From: Paragordius varius
Taxonomy: Eukaryota; Animalia; Nematomorpha
Assembly: GCA_964247055.1 (NCBI GenBank)
Contig: OZ176051.1
Span: forward strand, 12,276,001-12,340,000
Length of the DNA stretch: 64,000 bases
Direction of reading: 5' to 3'
In this document: positions 25,021-38,927 of the stretch, one piece after another
Position numbering within the stretch: the first letter of the stretch is position 1
Layout of the letters: the number at the start of each line of letters is the position of its first letter
Position numbers and translations under genes: made by a program
The notes under the pieces: generated by a model
Told to the model about the DNA's origin: nothing
The model's input: only the letters and a program-made list of their open reading frames with translations
The model's database searches: none

Positions 25021-26584
25021 AAAGTTACTAACCTCTGACAATCCAACAATAGAGTCAATAAATTTAATAATATCGTAGCGTGATGATAATTTTTAAAATA
25101 CCACTATAAGGCAATTTTTATACCAATGACCTTTTATTATTGGAAAATATTTGTGTCTTCTCTTAATTCAAAACATTTTTAATGTTTATTATTAACACTT
25201 CTCACCTTAAGCATTAATATCATATTTCATATTCATAGACAATGCTTAATAAATTGGGAAATAATATCCTGATGAAATAATATTCTGATACAGAAATGTA
25301 GTAGGATTATTATGGTGTTTGCCCTTACGTAGTGATCTAAGAAAGTTATTTATACTATTATGGTAGCTGCTCCCTTTAAAAAAATGTCAAAATTGCGCAT
25401 TTTGTTAAATAAGTTAATTTGCTGAAAGCCAAATGCTTCATTCAATGAATATTCACTAAAATATATAATATAGACTGCACATAGTAAAATTTTAATTTTA
25501 GGTGTGGACCCAAAAGACTCAATTTTTTTACCCTTCTAAAATGGGGTAGTTCTTTTAAAACAAACGCAAAAATGGTGATATTTTGTGATAAAGCTTGTAA
25601 ATGTATGCGATGATTTTGACATCAAATAAGTTTTTTTGAAAAATGGATATTTTGCTAAAATCTAATTTTAACAAAATTTTGCGGAAGCGCACATACTATT
25701 TTGGAGATGGAAATATTATAAATAACTTTAAGCTATTATAAAAGTATTTTTTATTGATTCGAAACATTTCTATCCCATCAGAATTTTATTCAAGGGTTTG
25801 TTTGCTTTTAAATTTATTATTCAATTCTAAGGTTAAAGAGATGTTCAGCATCCTCAAATTGTGTAGACAAAGTGTTTTTATATATCATAAAGCGTTTTTA
25901 TATCGTTTCTAATTTAGATCTTTTTGAGAAATAATTAATACAAAAATTACATTTACCCATGTATAATAACACTCATGTAAAATATAAAATAGTCGAGAAA
26001 TGATAAATCGTTCTTATTATTCAATATCATAGGCGTTTCAAGTACCCTACAAAATATCTAAGATTATATCTATCTTATTAAAGTAAATTTATTTTTCAAT
26101 AATATATTTAATGAATTGATGTGCAAACACTTTTAATTTTGGTTATAGCAGGGGCAACACAGCTATCTTCGCAACTGATAATTTTTGGTTTGTTTATTTA
26201 TTTTGAGTATATTTTCTATATAATCGTAAATTTTTAATCAAAACCCAATTTTTTGTTTTTTAACATTTTTTAGAGCGCTTTTACGTACTGAAAAAATCGT
26301 GTACACCCCTGGCTTAAAGCATATACAAAGGACTTTCTAGTATTTTAAAGCATTATCAAATAATGATATTTATTTTGCTACCTTTTGAATAATATTATAA
26401 TACTAGGTGCCAATTCTATTCGTCGAAACAAAATATTAGACAAAATAGTAATACTAATTCAGTAGAATAATTTCTTTTTCAAAAAATGCCTTAAAGCATT
26501 TTTATTTTTAGTCATTGCTTTAAATAAAAAATCCTACTATTTATTGATTCCATAAAAAAAGTTAGTCATGAGATAGGCTATGGT

Positions 26585-26611
26585 TGACCTTGAATTAAGG
26601 CCAATAAATTG
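26585..26611 (+). promoter_or_regulatory. TGACCTTGA site plus GGCCAATAAATTG block upstream of copy B
   Basis: Both motifs are also upstream of gene C (53011-53019, 53062-53074). Confidence 0.45.
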
Positions 26612-26685
26612 AGTTAACATTACTTACTAAATAGAAAAAATTTGATATATTTGAAAATAAAATATTAAATACTAGTTTTTATTAA

Positions 26686-27072
26686 ATGACGATTTTTATA
26701 TATTACCTATTCTTGTTGCTTGCCTTTGGGGTCCAAAAATGGTTCAATGTTTGGAGAAAAATATATAGGATAAGTGCTATAATATTTTTGTGAATGTTAT
26801 AATTAAACTTTTAACAATTAAATATATTTAAGAGAGCTTATAAGAAGTTTGCTAAAAAATTTTAGCAAAACATTTTTTGAATACCTCACTAAATTACACT
26901 TATTCTAGCGCTTCAGTGTACAAGAACATGCACAAATTATTGTGATAGATATCTGCTTGCGAGATGCGATTGTAAATGTTATCCATTTCCTTATTGCTTT
27001 GGGGCCCGTTGTCTCACTGGTTTTGTTTATAGAGTAATTTCTACTGGTAGATGCTATACTTGTGAAGTTTAA
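26686..27072 (+). pseudogene. Copy B: truncated paralogue (exon-1-like 26686-~26773, Cys exon 26909-27072); pseudogene or Cys-only isoform
   Basis: Exon 1 reads MTIFIYYLFLLLAFGVQKWFNVWRK, with the homologous donor GT replaced by TA. Exon 2 is ttattctag|CG LQCTRTCTNYCDRYLLARCDCKCYPFPYCFGARCLTGFVYRVISTGRCYTCEV*, with all 10 Cys intact. No mucin or Arg exons were seen before gene C. Confidence 0.7.
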
Positions 27073-27341
27073 ACATTTATCTTTTAGTAATTCAAAATAA
27101 TAATAATATAGGTATTCCATAATATAAATTTTTAAAAATTTCTGCTTTGTTACGTAAGAGATAGAAGCGATTGATGGTTCGTCATTTTGTAGAACAATTA
27201 AAATTGAATGTCAATAGGTGGATCGATGAAAAATGGTTAACCATATATTCTGACTAAATATTTATGGTAGATGGTGACCTGATGCAGAGTTGTTTAACAC
27301 TGTACATAAATTTATAAACTAACGTTTAAATTTATTAAATA

Positions 27342-29258
27342 CACTGTGCAACACGATTTTTAGACCAGAGTGAAAATTACTACATCTTATAGAGAATTTT
27401 TTTCTGAAAATAATGATATATTTAATATTTTCCTAGCACATTTTCGCGAGCCGCTAAAAGGTTTCAAAAATCCAAAAACCATCAAAAATGCCTGTTTTTG
27501 TAACCCTATAATTTTTTGAATTTTATAGCTTATTAATTATTTTTTGGAGGATATTACAAATTATATTTTAAAATTCATGTAACATTTTAAAATTTTTAAA
27601 AGTCTCGACTACTTTTTGATTTATTTAGAAAAAACGAAACTTAGCTCCAAAAAAATAGCGTTTCAAAACAATGAAAAATTAAGAGACGTGCAGGCACCAT
27701 ACCATTTTTTATACACAACAAAATGGAAAAATTTCATGTTTAATTAAAAAATGTAAATATTAATTTTAGGAATAAATTAGTATATTTATAGTATAATTAA
27801 TAAAATAATAAATATATAATATTAATTTGATATATATTATTTATAAATAAGAAATACTTTTAAACATGCAAATTTATTTATATTATGTATTGTACGTGAT
27901 TATATGAATCATGATATTTTGTTTTTTAATATACGAAAGTTTTTTTCAACAAATAAAAATATAAACATGCAAATAAATATAAACTGAAATGTTGAACTAA
28001 CAGAGCAAAAAAGGCATTCATTTGTTTTTTTCTTTCATAATAAATATATTCGTATATTGTGTCTTAATTAAAAATATTTTAATATATTTATAATTTTGAA
28101 ATCATTTCTGTATTAAATTTTTTAAAACCTTAGTAGTTTATAAATAAATTTACTTTAAAATAATAACAAAAATATATAATAACATAATTGAAATATTACT
28201 AAAAATCATATAATATTAATTTAAATACAGAGTTTATTATCCATTAACATTAATAAATTTAAAAATATTATCATTTTATTAAATTTATTATTATAACATT
28301 AACACTTCGATTCAAATTGGGGTATCTAAATACCCCAGACTAAATTTAAATTAATATTTTTAAAAAATACAGAAGGAAACGGTCCCAATTTAAATTTATG
28401 CTTCTATCTTGATAAAAATTATATAAATATGCCAAAATATCTTGATAAAACTTTGTTTTGAAAAAAAAGTTCCATCTCAAACTACTTCGACGCCATTTTT
28501 ATTTTGCAAAATATCGTCTTCATTTGATTTTAAAGGTAAAACTAAAGCTAATTTTTTATATAATTTACATCTAACATTGATTGAAATAGAAAAGCGGTTT
28601 ATTTTGTATTATTTTTTAATTTTACAATTTGACACATGTCACGTTGACGAAATTTTTACCTTTGGGTTTAGCTTAAAATAAGTAATATCAAGTATTTTTG
28701 AAAATTTTTTATATATAAGTATTTGTTTTTAAAAAGGCCTGGGGTATCCAACTACCCCAATTTGAATCGAAGGACTAAAATGAGTGTGTTGTATCCAAGT
28801 GTTAAATATATATACTATTTTTCATATTTATAAAAAAGCAATTAAATTTTATTATTTTAGTAATGTATAATGAAAAGCTGTCAATCAAATGATGCCAGTA
28901 TGTCTCTTAATTTTTCATTGTTTTGAAACGCTATTTTTTTGGAGCTAAGTTTCGTTTTTTCCAAATAAATCAAAAAGTAGTAGAGACTTTTAAAAATTTT
29001 AAAATGTTACATGAATTTTAAAATATAATTTGTAATATCCTCCAAAAAATAATTAATAAGCTATAAAATTCAAAAAATTATAGGGTTACAAAAACAGGCA
29101 TTTTTGATGGTTTTTGGATTTTTGAAACCTTTTAGCGGCTCGCGAAAATGTGCTAGGAAAATATTAAATATATCATTATTTTCAGAAAAAAATTCTCTAT
29201 AAGATGTCGTAATTTTCACTTTGGTCTAAAAGAAAAGGATAAAATTTGTTGCACAGTG
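27342..29258. mobile_element. Non-autonomous DNA transposon with ~350-bp TIRs and TA TSD
   Basis: TA|CACTGTGCAAC...GTTGCACAGTG|TA. 27342-27700 is a near-perfect reverse complement of ~28905-29258. Confidence 0.85.
28303..28801. mobile_element. TTAA-flanked (piggyBac-like) MITE nested in the 27342-29258 element
   Basis: TTAA|CACTT...AAGTG|TTAA with subterminal inverted TTCGATTCAAATTGGGGTA. A second copy lies at 51245-51819. Confidence 0.8.
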
Positions 29259-29451
29259 TAATTAGAGCTATCAATTTCATCTCTAATTTAATATATATAT
29301 AATTAATTTTATGATGATTAACAATGAAAATTGTGCTAAAGAAGTACATTTAACCGTGGCAAATTCGACCATTATATCTGAGGTGTATACTCATGGTTCG
29401 TCGGCTAATAGATTTATGGGGCTCATTTATTTTTAATATGTCATTTTTGTA

Positions 29452-31615
29452 TTAGGTAGGTAATTTAGGTCGAGTTTGACCCCTTGGAAATTAAACTGAC
29501 GAGTTCTCTCCACTTATCTCTTTCCCATGCTATTTCTTTCGATTCCTTTATACATCTACCAGATTCCTTCTTTACAGTATCCAGTCATCTTAACATCAGT
29601 CTTCCTTTTTTGTTTTCCCTTCAACTTTTCCAAAAATCAAATCCTTCTCCAGAAATGTACTTTTTAAAATAAGACCAATGCACGTGGACTTTCCTATTAT
29701 AGCTTCCATCAAGTGACTCAATATTAATTTTTCTCTTATTGTTTCATTTTTAACCTTAGACCATCTATTACACAATATTCTCCTCCAACACCACATTTCA
29801 AATGCTGCAATCCTTTTTTATCATTCCATAAGTTGCTACCGGAAAAACCATGCATTTCATTCTCTCTTTTTGGTTTTCATAGTGATATCTTTACTTTTCC
29901 ATAATTTAGTCAACTTGTTCGCAGCTGACTTCCCTAATGCTATGCGGCGTTAAATAACTGGTGTGGAGGAGGCATTTATATCTATTAGAGAGCCTAAAAA
30001 TAGGAATTTATTTACTAGTTCTACTGGGGTGTCGTCTATGGTTATTTTCGGTTTATTTTCTCATAAACTCATATTGGTTTTCTTAGAATTTAGGTTCAAT
30101 CCATATCTTTTGCTTTCTTCTCTTACTAGCCTTATCATATTCTTTAAACTTTCTACATTATCTGCGATCAACGTTGTGTCATCTGCGAACCTTGTGATTC
30201 CTTCTCCCTCCTATCTTTTGGCTTTCATACAAATATTAAACAAGTATGGTGAGAGGCAACATCCATGTCTAACACCTTTTTGTATTAAAATTTCGTTGGT
30301 TCTGCCCACCGGGGTTTGTATTATTTTTGGTCTTCATACAAATTTTTGAGCAAGGTTATAAGCTTTGCTGTAACTCCCATTGCTTCGAACCTTCGCTATA
30401 AATGGACATGGTTAATCAAGTCAAGATATAATCAATACAACATATTATTAACACTACTTGAAATTCTTTGCAAGTTTCAATTATGCGTCTCACGTTAGAG
30501 ATGTGATCTCTTGTGCTACGCCATTTCATAAATCCTGCTTGAACATGTGAAATCTCCCTGGCTATAACTTGGTGTAGTCTGTTCTGGATAATCATCAATA
30601 AAATTTTGTTTGCATGACTAATGAGAGCTATGTTTCTATAGTTCTCGCAATTTGATTTATATCCCTTTTTAAAGAGTGGGATAACCAGGAAGTTTGCCAT
30701 TTTGGCCAAATGTTTGACTCCCACACTTCCTGACACAATCTATGTATAACTGATATCGGTATATCTCTATTAATTCCAAAGGAATATTATCTATTCCCGA
30801 GGCTTTCCTTGTATCGATTTTATTTACTACCTCTGCTTCCAGTATACATAACTTATCATCACCATTCCTATATAATTGTCCGTTTGCACCTGGGTGCGCA
30901 CTATATAGCTGTTTGGTGTAAGTTTTCCATATTTAATTTCTATTTCCGTCATCAAGATCTTTCCATCATTATCCTTAATTTTAATGTTTGGAAGTTGGTA
31001 TTGATTTGTTACTTTTCTGATGGTTTGGAACAGAGGCTTACTTATTTTTCTATTTGCTTCCTCAATAATCGTGCATTGTTCGTTCCATATTCATCAAGGT
31101 CCTTCCTTTTCAATCTCTGGATTCTTGAGTTTAATTTCCTGACCATATATATTAATCCTCTTTTCTTAGCTCTTCTTCTTTCTTCAATTATTTTTATGCA
31201 GTCATCTGATAACCCTTTTTTATATATGTTTTTTTCTTTGGTAAATACTTTTGTGCTGTCTCGTATTGTTTTTATATTATTTCTTTGGTTTTCTGAGTTA
31301 TTATCTGTCTTAGCTAGTAATACAAATCTATTGTTTACTTATATCTTATATAGGAATTTGTGCAACGTTGTATTTGTGTTCTTTTTTATTCTTCAGGTTT
31401 TATTATGTGCGTTTTAATTGTTGTTATTTATAGTTGGTAATCGCTTGAGCAGTCACAACTTTTCTTAATTTTAGCATTTATGAAAAACTTTTTCCATTTT
31501 GTTGTCCTATAAAATAATCTATTTGGTTTTTAATTTTGCCACAAGGGGAAGTCCAGGTGTATTCTTTTATATACCATGTATTCACAACAAACATTTGGTT
31601 AATCATTGTTACATA
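29452..31615 (-). mobile_element. RTE/BovB-like LINE copy B (uninterrupted, degenerate)
   Basis: IPLFKKGYKSNCENYRNIALISHANKILL, GVRHGCCL-like and RFADDTTLI motifs. Colinear with copy A and carries its empty insertion sites. Confidence 0.9.
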
Positions 31616-31919
31616 TGCAAATTTTAATTATATTTTTTTATGTATGATATAATTTTTAGTGATATTTGCATAGTCTATATTTTTATATTTTTGTATTATG
31701 TAAATAACATATCCATTAGTTACTCAAAATTTTATTAGCTTTATTTAATATCATGCAATTTATGTTCACACAAAAATATTATATAAATATTATAAAAAGA
31801 GAATAAATATCTTCAAGTTTTACGACTTATACTTTTGTTACCTTTTTACATCTGGTGGCCAATCGAATTTCGAACTAAGCTAGTGTTAGTGGAGGTCTTA
31901 CCGATATTCGAACGAACAT

Positions 31920-32670
31920 GACAACGCCAATTGCCAATCTCGCTAACTTATTCGAAAAATAAAATGATAATATCAAGTTTGAGGTGATTATATAACAAAT
32001 GTTATGGAGGCGAAAGATATCCCTGTAACAGAACAAGCTCTCAGAATAACCTTGCTTGCCTATGGTGGTCTATTAATTGTACTTAAAATAAAACAATTGT
32101 ATCCCAAAAAAATAAAAGATGTATCATGAAGCGAGATAATGACAACAGGCCTAAAAGTATTTAATCCCACAAAATCAAAATTTCAAACAAAATTTAAATT
32201 TTTCAACTTGTGCGGAGCAACGCTGAATCTTTCACCCAATTTATATAACGGTTTAAGATCGCAGCTGAAGATTTTAAATTCAATGATTCGATTGAGGAAC
32301 GTATTCGGGATGCTTTAGTCATTGTTGAAACCTCAATTGGAAATCGATATACATTAAAGGTATCCCGATGCCAAGATCAACGGATAACCCGTGCATCTAG
32401 GAACGATAGTGGATCTCGCACTAGTACACGAGGCTGCTAGGGCTGGACTTTATAACAATTATGATAATACCAATTATAACAATGGTAATAATTAAATCGA
32501 TTACAACACACCAATCATAATGATAAGGCCATGCGTTCGCGACAGCCAGCAGCAAAACCCCTAACACATCCGTGCAATCGTTGTGGGAGTAGCCATGGAC
32601 CAAACAAATGTCCTGCCTTGAACCGCAATTGGAATAAATGTGGAAAACCCAACCACCATTCGTATTTTAA
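31920..32670 (+). mobile_element. Gypsy gag remnant (different family from the copies at 34.7k and 41.8k)
   Basis: KFKFFNL..ESFTQFI.RFKIAAEDFKFNDSIEERIRDALV and the knuckle CNRCGSSHGPNKCPALNRNWNKCGKPNH. A possible PBS (tggtggcc) lies at ~31854. Confidence 0.7.
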
Positions 32671-33879
32671 ATTATTATTGCTACTTCGATTGCAGATAAT
32701 TTGTCACATCTAATAAGTTTAATCGTTATGAAAAAGAGCAGCTTAATTGTAGAAACTTTAGCCATATTTTTGAAAACTTACTTTCAAAAAACTTTTCTAA
32801 AATTGTAGGACATTTGTCTTGCGATAGATAGTAGGATTTTAAGGGATCATATATTTTAACAATATTCTTTAAGCATTTCAACGCGTAGAGTGTTTATATA
32901 TAGAAATAAGAATATATTTTAACAATATTTTCTACATTTACTGGTAATACAAGTCATCACCTGTTTGAATAGCGTTGTGTATTATGTGCGCTGCACACCC
33001 AACACCAAAAATATTTTGATTCAGATCTTTTGCTAATTTATAAAAATATGATTTGGGCCTCTTCTCGCTTTTCCTCCGAAATTAGTATTCGTGATGTCTG
33101 CAAAGTATACGATAATTTTTTGTTTTGAATTATTTTTTCCCATATCAATAAATAGAACTAAAAATTATTTTAGATTTTTCAGCGGGTGAAGAAATAAAAT
33201 CTAAAAAACCCAAGTATATGAATCAAAATATCTTATGATGGTTGGAAATTTTATTACTTTATGATTAGATGCGTCACAATATATGGATATAAAATTAATT
33301 TTTTGTAAATTATTTTTTATTTCTGAAAATGCATATGGGGAAGCACATTATACACTATTGCTTTGGCTGCTGTTCCAGCACAGGTAAATTTTAAAGAGCT
33401 TTCTGATAACTTCTAATGTACAATCCATAGATCTGAAGGAATGATTGTGATTATTAGCGTGAAATGATATAATCCTTTTGTTAAATTAAATTATTTTCTT
33501 CATCTCCATAAGTTGTTCAAAAAAATCTGGTAGTTTGGAAGATGATGCAGCAGTATTTAAACATCTTTATTCTGTGTCTCCGAATGTTTTGATATATCAT
33601 TTTTTTCCGCCGCGCAAAATACTTAATTCGCCGTTGCATGTCTGACATTTAACTTGTCATTTATAGATATTTTAATAATAGAGAATTTACTTCATAAATC
33701 ATCGGTGAGTCATTTTTTCATGCTCATTTTAAAATCTAAAATAAATTATCAATATAAATGAATTGCTTATTATAATTCTCTATGGTAAGCGTAAGTAGCA
33801 GACTGGATTGGACTGTTCTGTTAGCAGTACGAACACAAAAAAGCGCAAAACAATGAGTTTAAAATAAAATTTATCTGGA

Positions 33880-33965
33880 GTCTAAAAGTCGGGACTTTAA
33901 AAAGTAACGGGACACGAAATGGTAAAAAATCGGGACTGTCCTGCTAAAAGCGTCTGGTCACCCTA
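33880..33965. mobile_element. Isolated hAT-type terminus
   Basis: gtctggtcacccta (reverse complement TAGGGTGACCAGAC) preceded by repeated CGGGAC subterminal motifs. The partner end was not found. Confidence 0.5.
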
Positions 33966-34680
33966 GTTCGTAAGTTGTCATTAAATATAAAATCATTTAA
34001 ATTCTAACACTTTAAATCAAATGCTGATGTAATGGAAATGGGCATCACCCTATATAGAAAAAGTGTTTTATACCATAAAATTCGCCTCATTAAACCTTTG
34101 ATGTCGAATTTCAGTTTAAATTTATGATCTTCGGGCATAATAGAATTTTTTCCAAAAAACTTCCTAATTTAAATGGTCCAAAAATTTAAACTTTCGATGA
34201 CATTAGTAATATAAACTTTTATAAAAATTTGTATAGCTTTTATTATTGTTAATTATATGTATATATATTATATATAAATTTTTTGGATCTTACTTAGACC
34301 AAAAAAATATTTTATGTAAATTTTCGCCTTTGCTATGAGCCATTTCAAAATATTTTAAGGTAGTGTGCATTGAGCTAAGTCTTAATATTCTTTGGAACTG
34401 AAAATATAATTATTTGAGTTAAATTGTTAATTCGGAACTTATTAACAAAAATAAGAAAATCGCCATTAATTATTGGGAAGTTTTCACATTGAAGTGGTGA
34501 GCATTTGAAAATAAATTCGTCGAATTTGTTTATAATCCAAGGCCATTGGCGACAATTAAGTTTTACTGAAGCTCGGTTAAATTATAAATTGACATCAAAG
34601 ACGCTTTATGTTTATATTAGACCTTGGCTCCAATTAAAGTTATGTGGACAATAGTCTGTGATCAGATCCAACTATCCTTT

Positions 34681-37600
34681 TGTAGTAAATCGAGAAAGCG
34701 TAAAACTAATATTTATTGAGATACAAAAACTAAATTATATTAAGTTTGCGATGCTTATATACTTTTTGTGAATATAATATTTAAATCTTAAATAACATGT
34801 GCAGGTTAAATACAAAATTGATACAATTGTTTAACTCAAATATATAAGGTCATCAAAAATGTATTCAAATCTAATTTATAAATTTGTCCAATCTAAGGTT
34901 TGCTAACTTGATGTATTCAAATCTATCATATCTCCTTATCCAAATCCGAGCCGATCTGGTGCTTTTCTTTCCCTGAGAGGATATCTTCTTTCTCAGTTGT
35001 CTTTTCCGTTCTTATTTCAACCTGGGTGTCTTCTCGTTTTCTTTTTCTTTGATTTGGTCTTCCCCCACCTCCCGATTCTTGGTTGTAATACCTTCATCTG
35101 TTCGGTTTATCGTTAAATTTTCATCCTCCTCTCTGTCGCTCTCGAGTCCGGTCGGCCGTAATTGATCCGCATGCTTGCGAAGGTTCGATTTCCATTAACC
35201 GTGCACGAGAGTCCCTGTTCTCTCCAAAATTGAACCTTTTCTCCACCCTGAATTGATTTCATCTTTATGTACACTTCTTCGTCCGGTCTTAAAACTTGAT
35301 TGCGTATTATGTCGTCCTCTAATAGGTGTGAGGGTGTTTCTCTAACCCAAGAGAAGGGGGTATTAATAGTTCTTTTCAGAAATAAGTAATACGGGCATTC
35401 TTTTGTGGCGCTATGTACGGCGGAGCGATAACCCCATAACACTTGATTTATTTTTTTGTCAGGAGTCAGCTTAGAATCCGTTAGCGATTTATAGTGTGCT
35501 TTTAAGGTGTAAAGGACACGTTCCACCAGCCCATTTGTTCGTGGATGATAGGGGGCACTAGTGACATGTTTGATGTTTGCTCGTTGCAAGGAATCTGTAA
35601 AATCCTTCGATGCAAAAAATGATGCATTATCGGTAACTATTATTCGGGGAAACCCGTACCATACACACCAAATTTCTAACCAATGTAATATGTTTGCGGA
35701 ATTAACAGTTCTTAGCAATTCGGCTTCAACTCATCTGGAGCTACTATCGATAGCTACTAACCGATAAAACCCATCAATAGGACCGGCAATATCAAGATGT
35801 ATCCTTTCCCAGATACCCGTATTAAATTCCATTTGTACGTGGGATTGCTTTTTATGTTACTCCGGTTTAACTGACACCCCATACAAGATCTCACATAACT
35901 TTCGATGTCTTGGTTTATACCTGGTCAATAAACCCTTGCCTTGGCAGACTCTTTCATTACATTAGCCCCCAAATGTCCAACATGCAAAAATTTTAACTTT
36001 CGCAACGCCCTGGGAATAAACAGACGATCGCCCCAATACAACAAACCACATGATTCTTGTATTTTTCTTATACTCAATATCGAATTTATAATTGGAGCTG
36101 ACCAATCATTATGATGTAGGCCGCTTTTAATGTCATCAAAAACTCATCCCGTAATGTATTTTTTTTAATTCGCTCGTTTAAGTTGTCTGTTGTTAAAAGG
36201 GTGATTTGCCTGGGTGCTTGCTCCTCAACCTCCTCAGTCGGTTCTTCATATGATAGACGAGATAACCAATCCGCTTAATTTTCCGAACCATTAATATATT
36301 GTATATTAAAATTATAATCGGCTGTTCTGAGTATCCATCTTACTAATCTACTATTGTTAATATTACTTAGATCTCTCTTAAAGCCAAACTTGATTAGGGG
36401 TTTATGATCGGTTAAAAATACGAACTTTCTGCCATACACAAACATTTTAAATTTTTCTAGCGCATATAAAATTGCCCTTGCTTCTTTTTCAATCACCGAG
36501 AGATTTTGTTCTGCCTTCGCACATTTTCGAGACGCAAAAGCTATCGGCCGTTTTCCATCACTTGTCATATGTGATAAGACTGCTCCGAATCAATCATTCG
36601 ATGCGTCTGTTTCCAACACTAACGGAAGGTTCGGGTTAAACGGTATTAGACATAATGCATTACTGACCAACAGTTTAGCTTTATCAAAAACCATCTCTTC
36701 TTTTGTCGACCAACACCATTTCTTAGAGCCTGTAAGCGCACGTAAATCCGCGATCGTAGCATGCAAAGATGGAATAAAACTAGCGTGAAAATTTAATCCC
36801 AAAAAAGACCGGTGTGATGTTTTATTGGTGGGTGTCGGACAATTCAAAATTGCTTTTGCCTTTTCGTTAGTTTAATTCCTTTGTCTGAAATTATATATCC
36901 TAAGTATGTCACTGAGGAACGAGCTAATTGGATTTTATCCTTCTTTAATTTCAAACCTACAGCAGCTAATTTGTTCAACACTTTTTCTAAGTTATCCTTA
37001 TGCTCCATTACCGTTGTTCCACTAACAACTACATCATTTAAGTAAACCACCGTACCTGGACAATCTTTTAATAACCCATCCATAATTTGTTGAAATATCG
37101 TGGGTGCACTAGATATTCCAAATGGCAGTCTCTTAAATCGAAAAAGACCTATATGTGAACTAAACGTGAGTAAATGTTGATAATCTTGGTGTATCGGCAT
37201 TTGCCACTATGCTTCTTTTAGATCTAGGGTCGTAAAAACTTTTCCCTGCCCGATTTTGAACACTAACTGATCAAATGTAGGAATCAAATGATCGACAGAA
37301 AGACTTGGGTTAACAGTAACTCTAAAATCACCACATATGCGAATATCATTATCATTCTTTTTAACTATAACCAACGGAGTTACCCAGTCAATTCGTGTTT
37401 GCGAGGGGTTAATGGATTCTATGATACCCAGACTTTCAAGCCTATTTAATTCACTCACTGAAGCGGGATAGGTACCCTCCTGGCTGCAAATCTTTTAGGG
37501 AAATCCCTTTTTTGAGAAACAATTTGATGGGTGGTCCCGTCTAACACCTAATACTCTCACAGAACAATTCCTTAAATTTATTTAAATCCACGTAACTAAC

Positions 37601-38927
37601 ATTTTTTACATATGCAGCCTCAGGAAATCTACATTGAAAGCTTTTCATCCACGGTAAACCAAAAATGTTACCTCAATCCCCCCTGGTAACCATACATTCC
37701 AACTGTTTGACCATACCTTTCCATTTCACATCTACCATACATTGTCCCATCACCTCTACACCTTGCTGGTTGAACCCAACTATTGGACCCGCGGGAGCTA
37801 AGATCGGCCTCCCAATCTCCATCCACGTGCTCTTCCCAATCAATGATATTTGGGCTCCGGTATCGTACAACATACTCACCCAATGGCCATTCAGACTTGC
37901 TTGCGTTCGGGCTTCATTATTATTATTGTTACCATGAAGTCTATTAACGCGCCGGCAACACCTGCCAAAATGACCACGTCCTTTGCATCGATAACACTCC
38001 TTGTTTGAAGCGGGACACCAGTTGATCGCATGCACGTATCCACATTTTCCACACTTTTTTCTTATTATCATAACCTGCCTATTGTCGGGACCCTGATCCA
38101 GCAAACAACTGTCCACCTTTTCGTACGCCATTGTTATTTCTAGCAACATCTCCAACGTAACCGGTTTCCCATCAAACATTGCATCTGGAAATTTTGTGAA
38201 CAGATCTATTTCCAATCTTTTGAGTTGTAACCCTCCCACAAACCCATCTCTGATTCTTAGTATTGCATCTTGCCCAATGTTGCACCGGGCAACACATTCC
38301 TTTACTCGAATCAAATAATCCATCACTGATTCCGTGGCTTCCCTCCGGAGTTGCGTAAACTGGAACCTGCAAACACATTGTATGTCGGAGCAAATATTTT
38401 TTTCCAGCTGCTACCAAAGCATCCCACCCCACATCCTCTAACAGTACGGATAAAAGATTTTCTTCAACTTTGTATGGGATAGACCGATGTAGGCCAATAA
38501 TAAGTTTTTTTGTTTTGTCATCTCCTTGAATTAATTTCACTTTCAACATTTTATTTATATAATCGATATAATCATCAAAGCTAGTTGCGGGATCATATGC
38601 TTCCAGACTTAATTTCTCTATGCGCGAATGTAATGAGGTAAAAAAATCGACCGCGCCAAATGTAGTAAATCGAGAAACCGTAAAACAATAATATTTATTG
38701 AGGTATAATACAAAAACTAAGCTATATAAAGTTTGCGATGTTTATATACTTTTTGTGAATATAATATTTACATTTTAAACCAAAGTAAAATAACGTTGCA
38801 GGTTAAATGCAAAATTGATACAATTGTTTAACTCAAATATAAAAGGTCATCAAAAATGTATTCAAATCTAATATATAAATTTGTCCAATCTAAGGTTAGC
38901 TAACTTGATGTATTCAAATTTATCACA
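34681..38927 (-). mobile_element. Ty3/Gypsy (Mag-like) LTR retrotransposon copy 1, full-length but frameshifted
   Basis: LTRs at 34681-34930 and 38661-38927 (TG...CA; TA at the left copy). PBS TGGCGCGGTCG and PPT GGATAAGGAGA. Order gag (CGKCGYVHAINWC + CYRCKGRGHFGRC), PR (LYDTGA), RT (YLND), RNase H (LETDASN), IN (VTDNA). No matching TSD seen. Confidence 0.93.

Noticed and set aside
26905-27120. Minus-strand ORFs 26905-27120 and 54792-54974
   Set aside because: Antisense to the Cys exons. They are in different frames from each other, whereas the sense 10-Cys frame is conserved in all three copies.
30809-31417. 202-aa hydrophobic ORF
   Set aside because: Antisense of the purine-rich LINE copy B coding strand.
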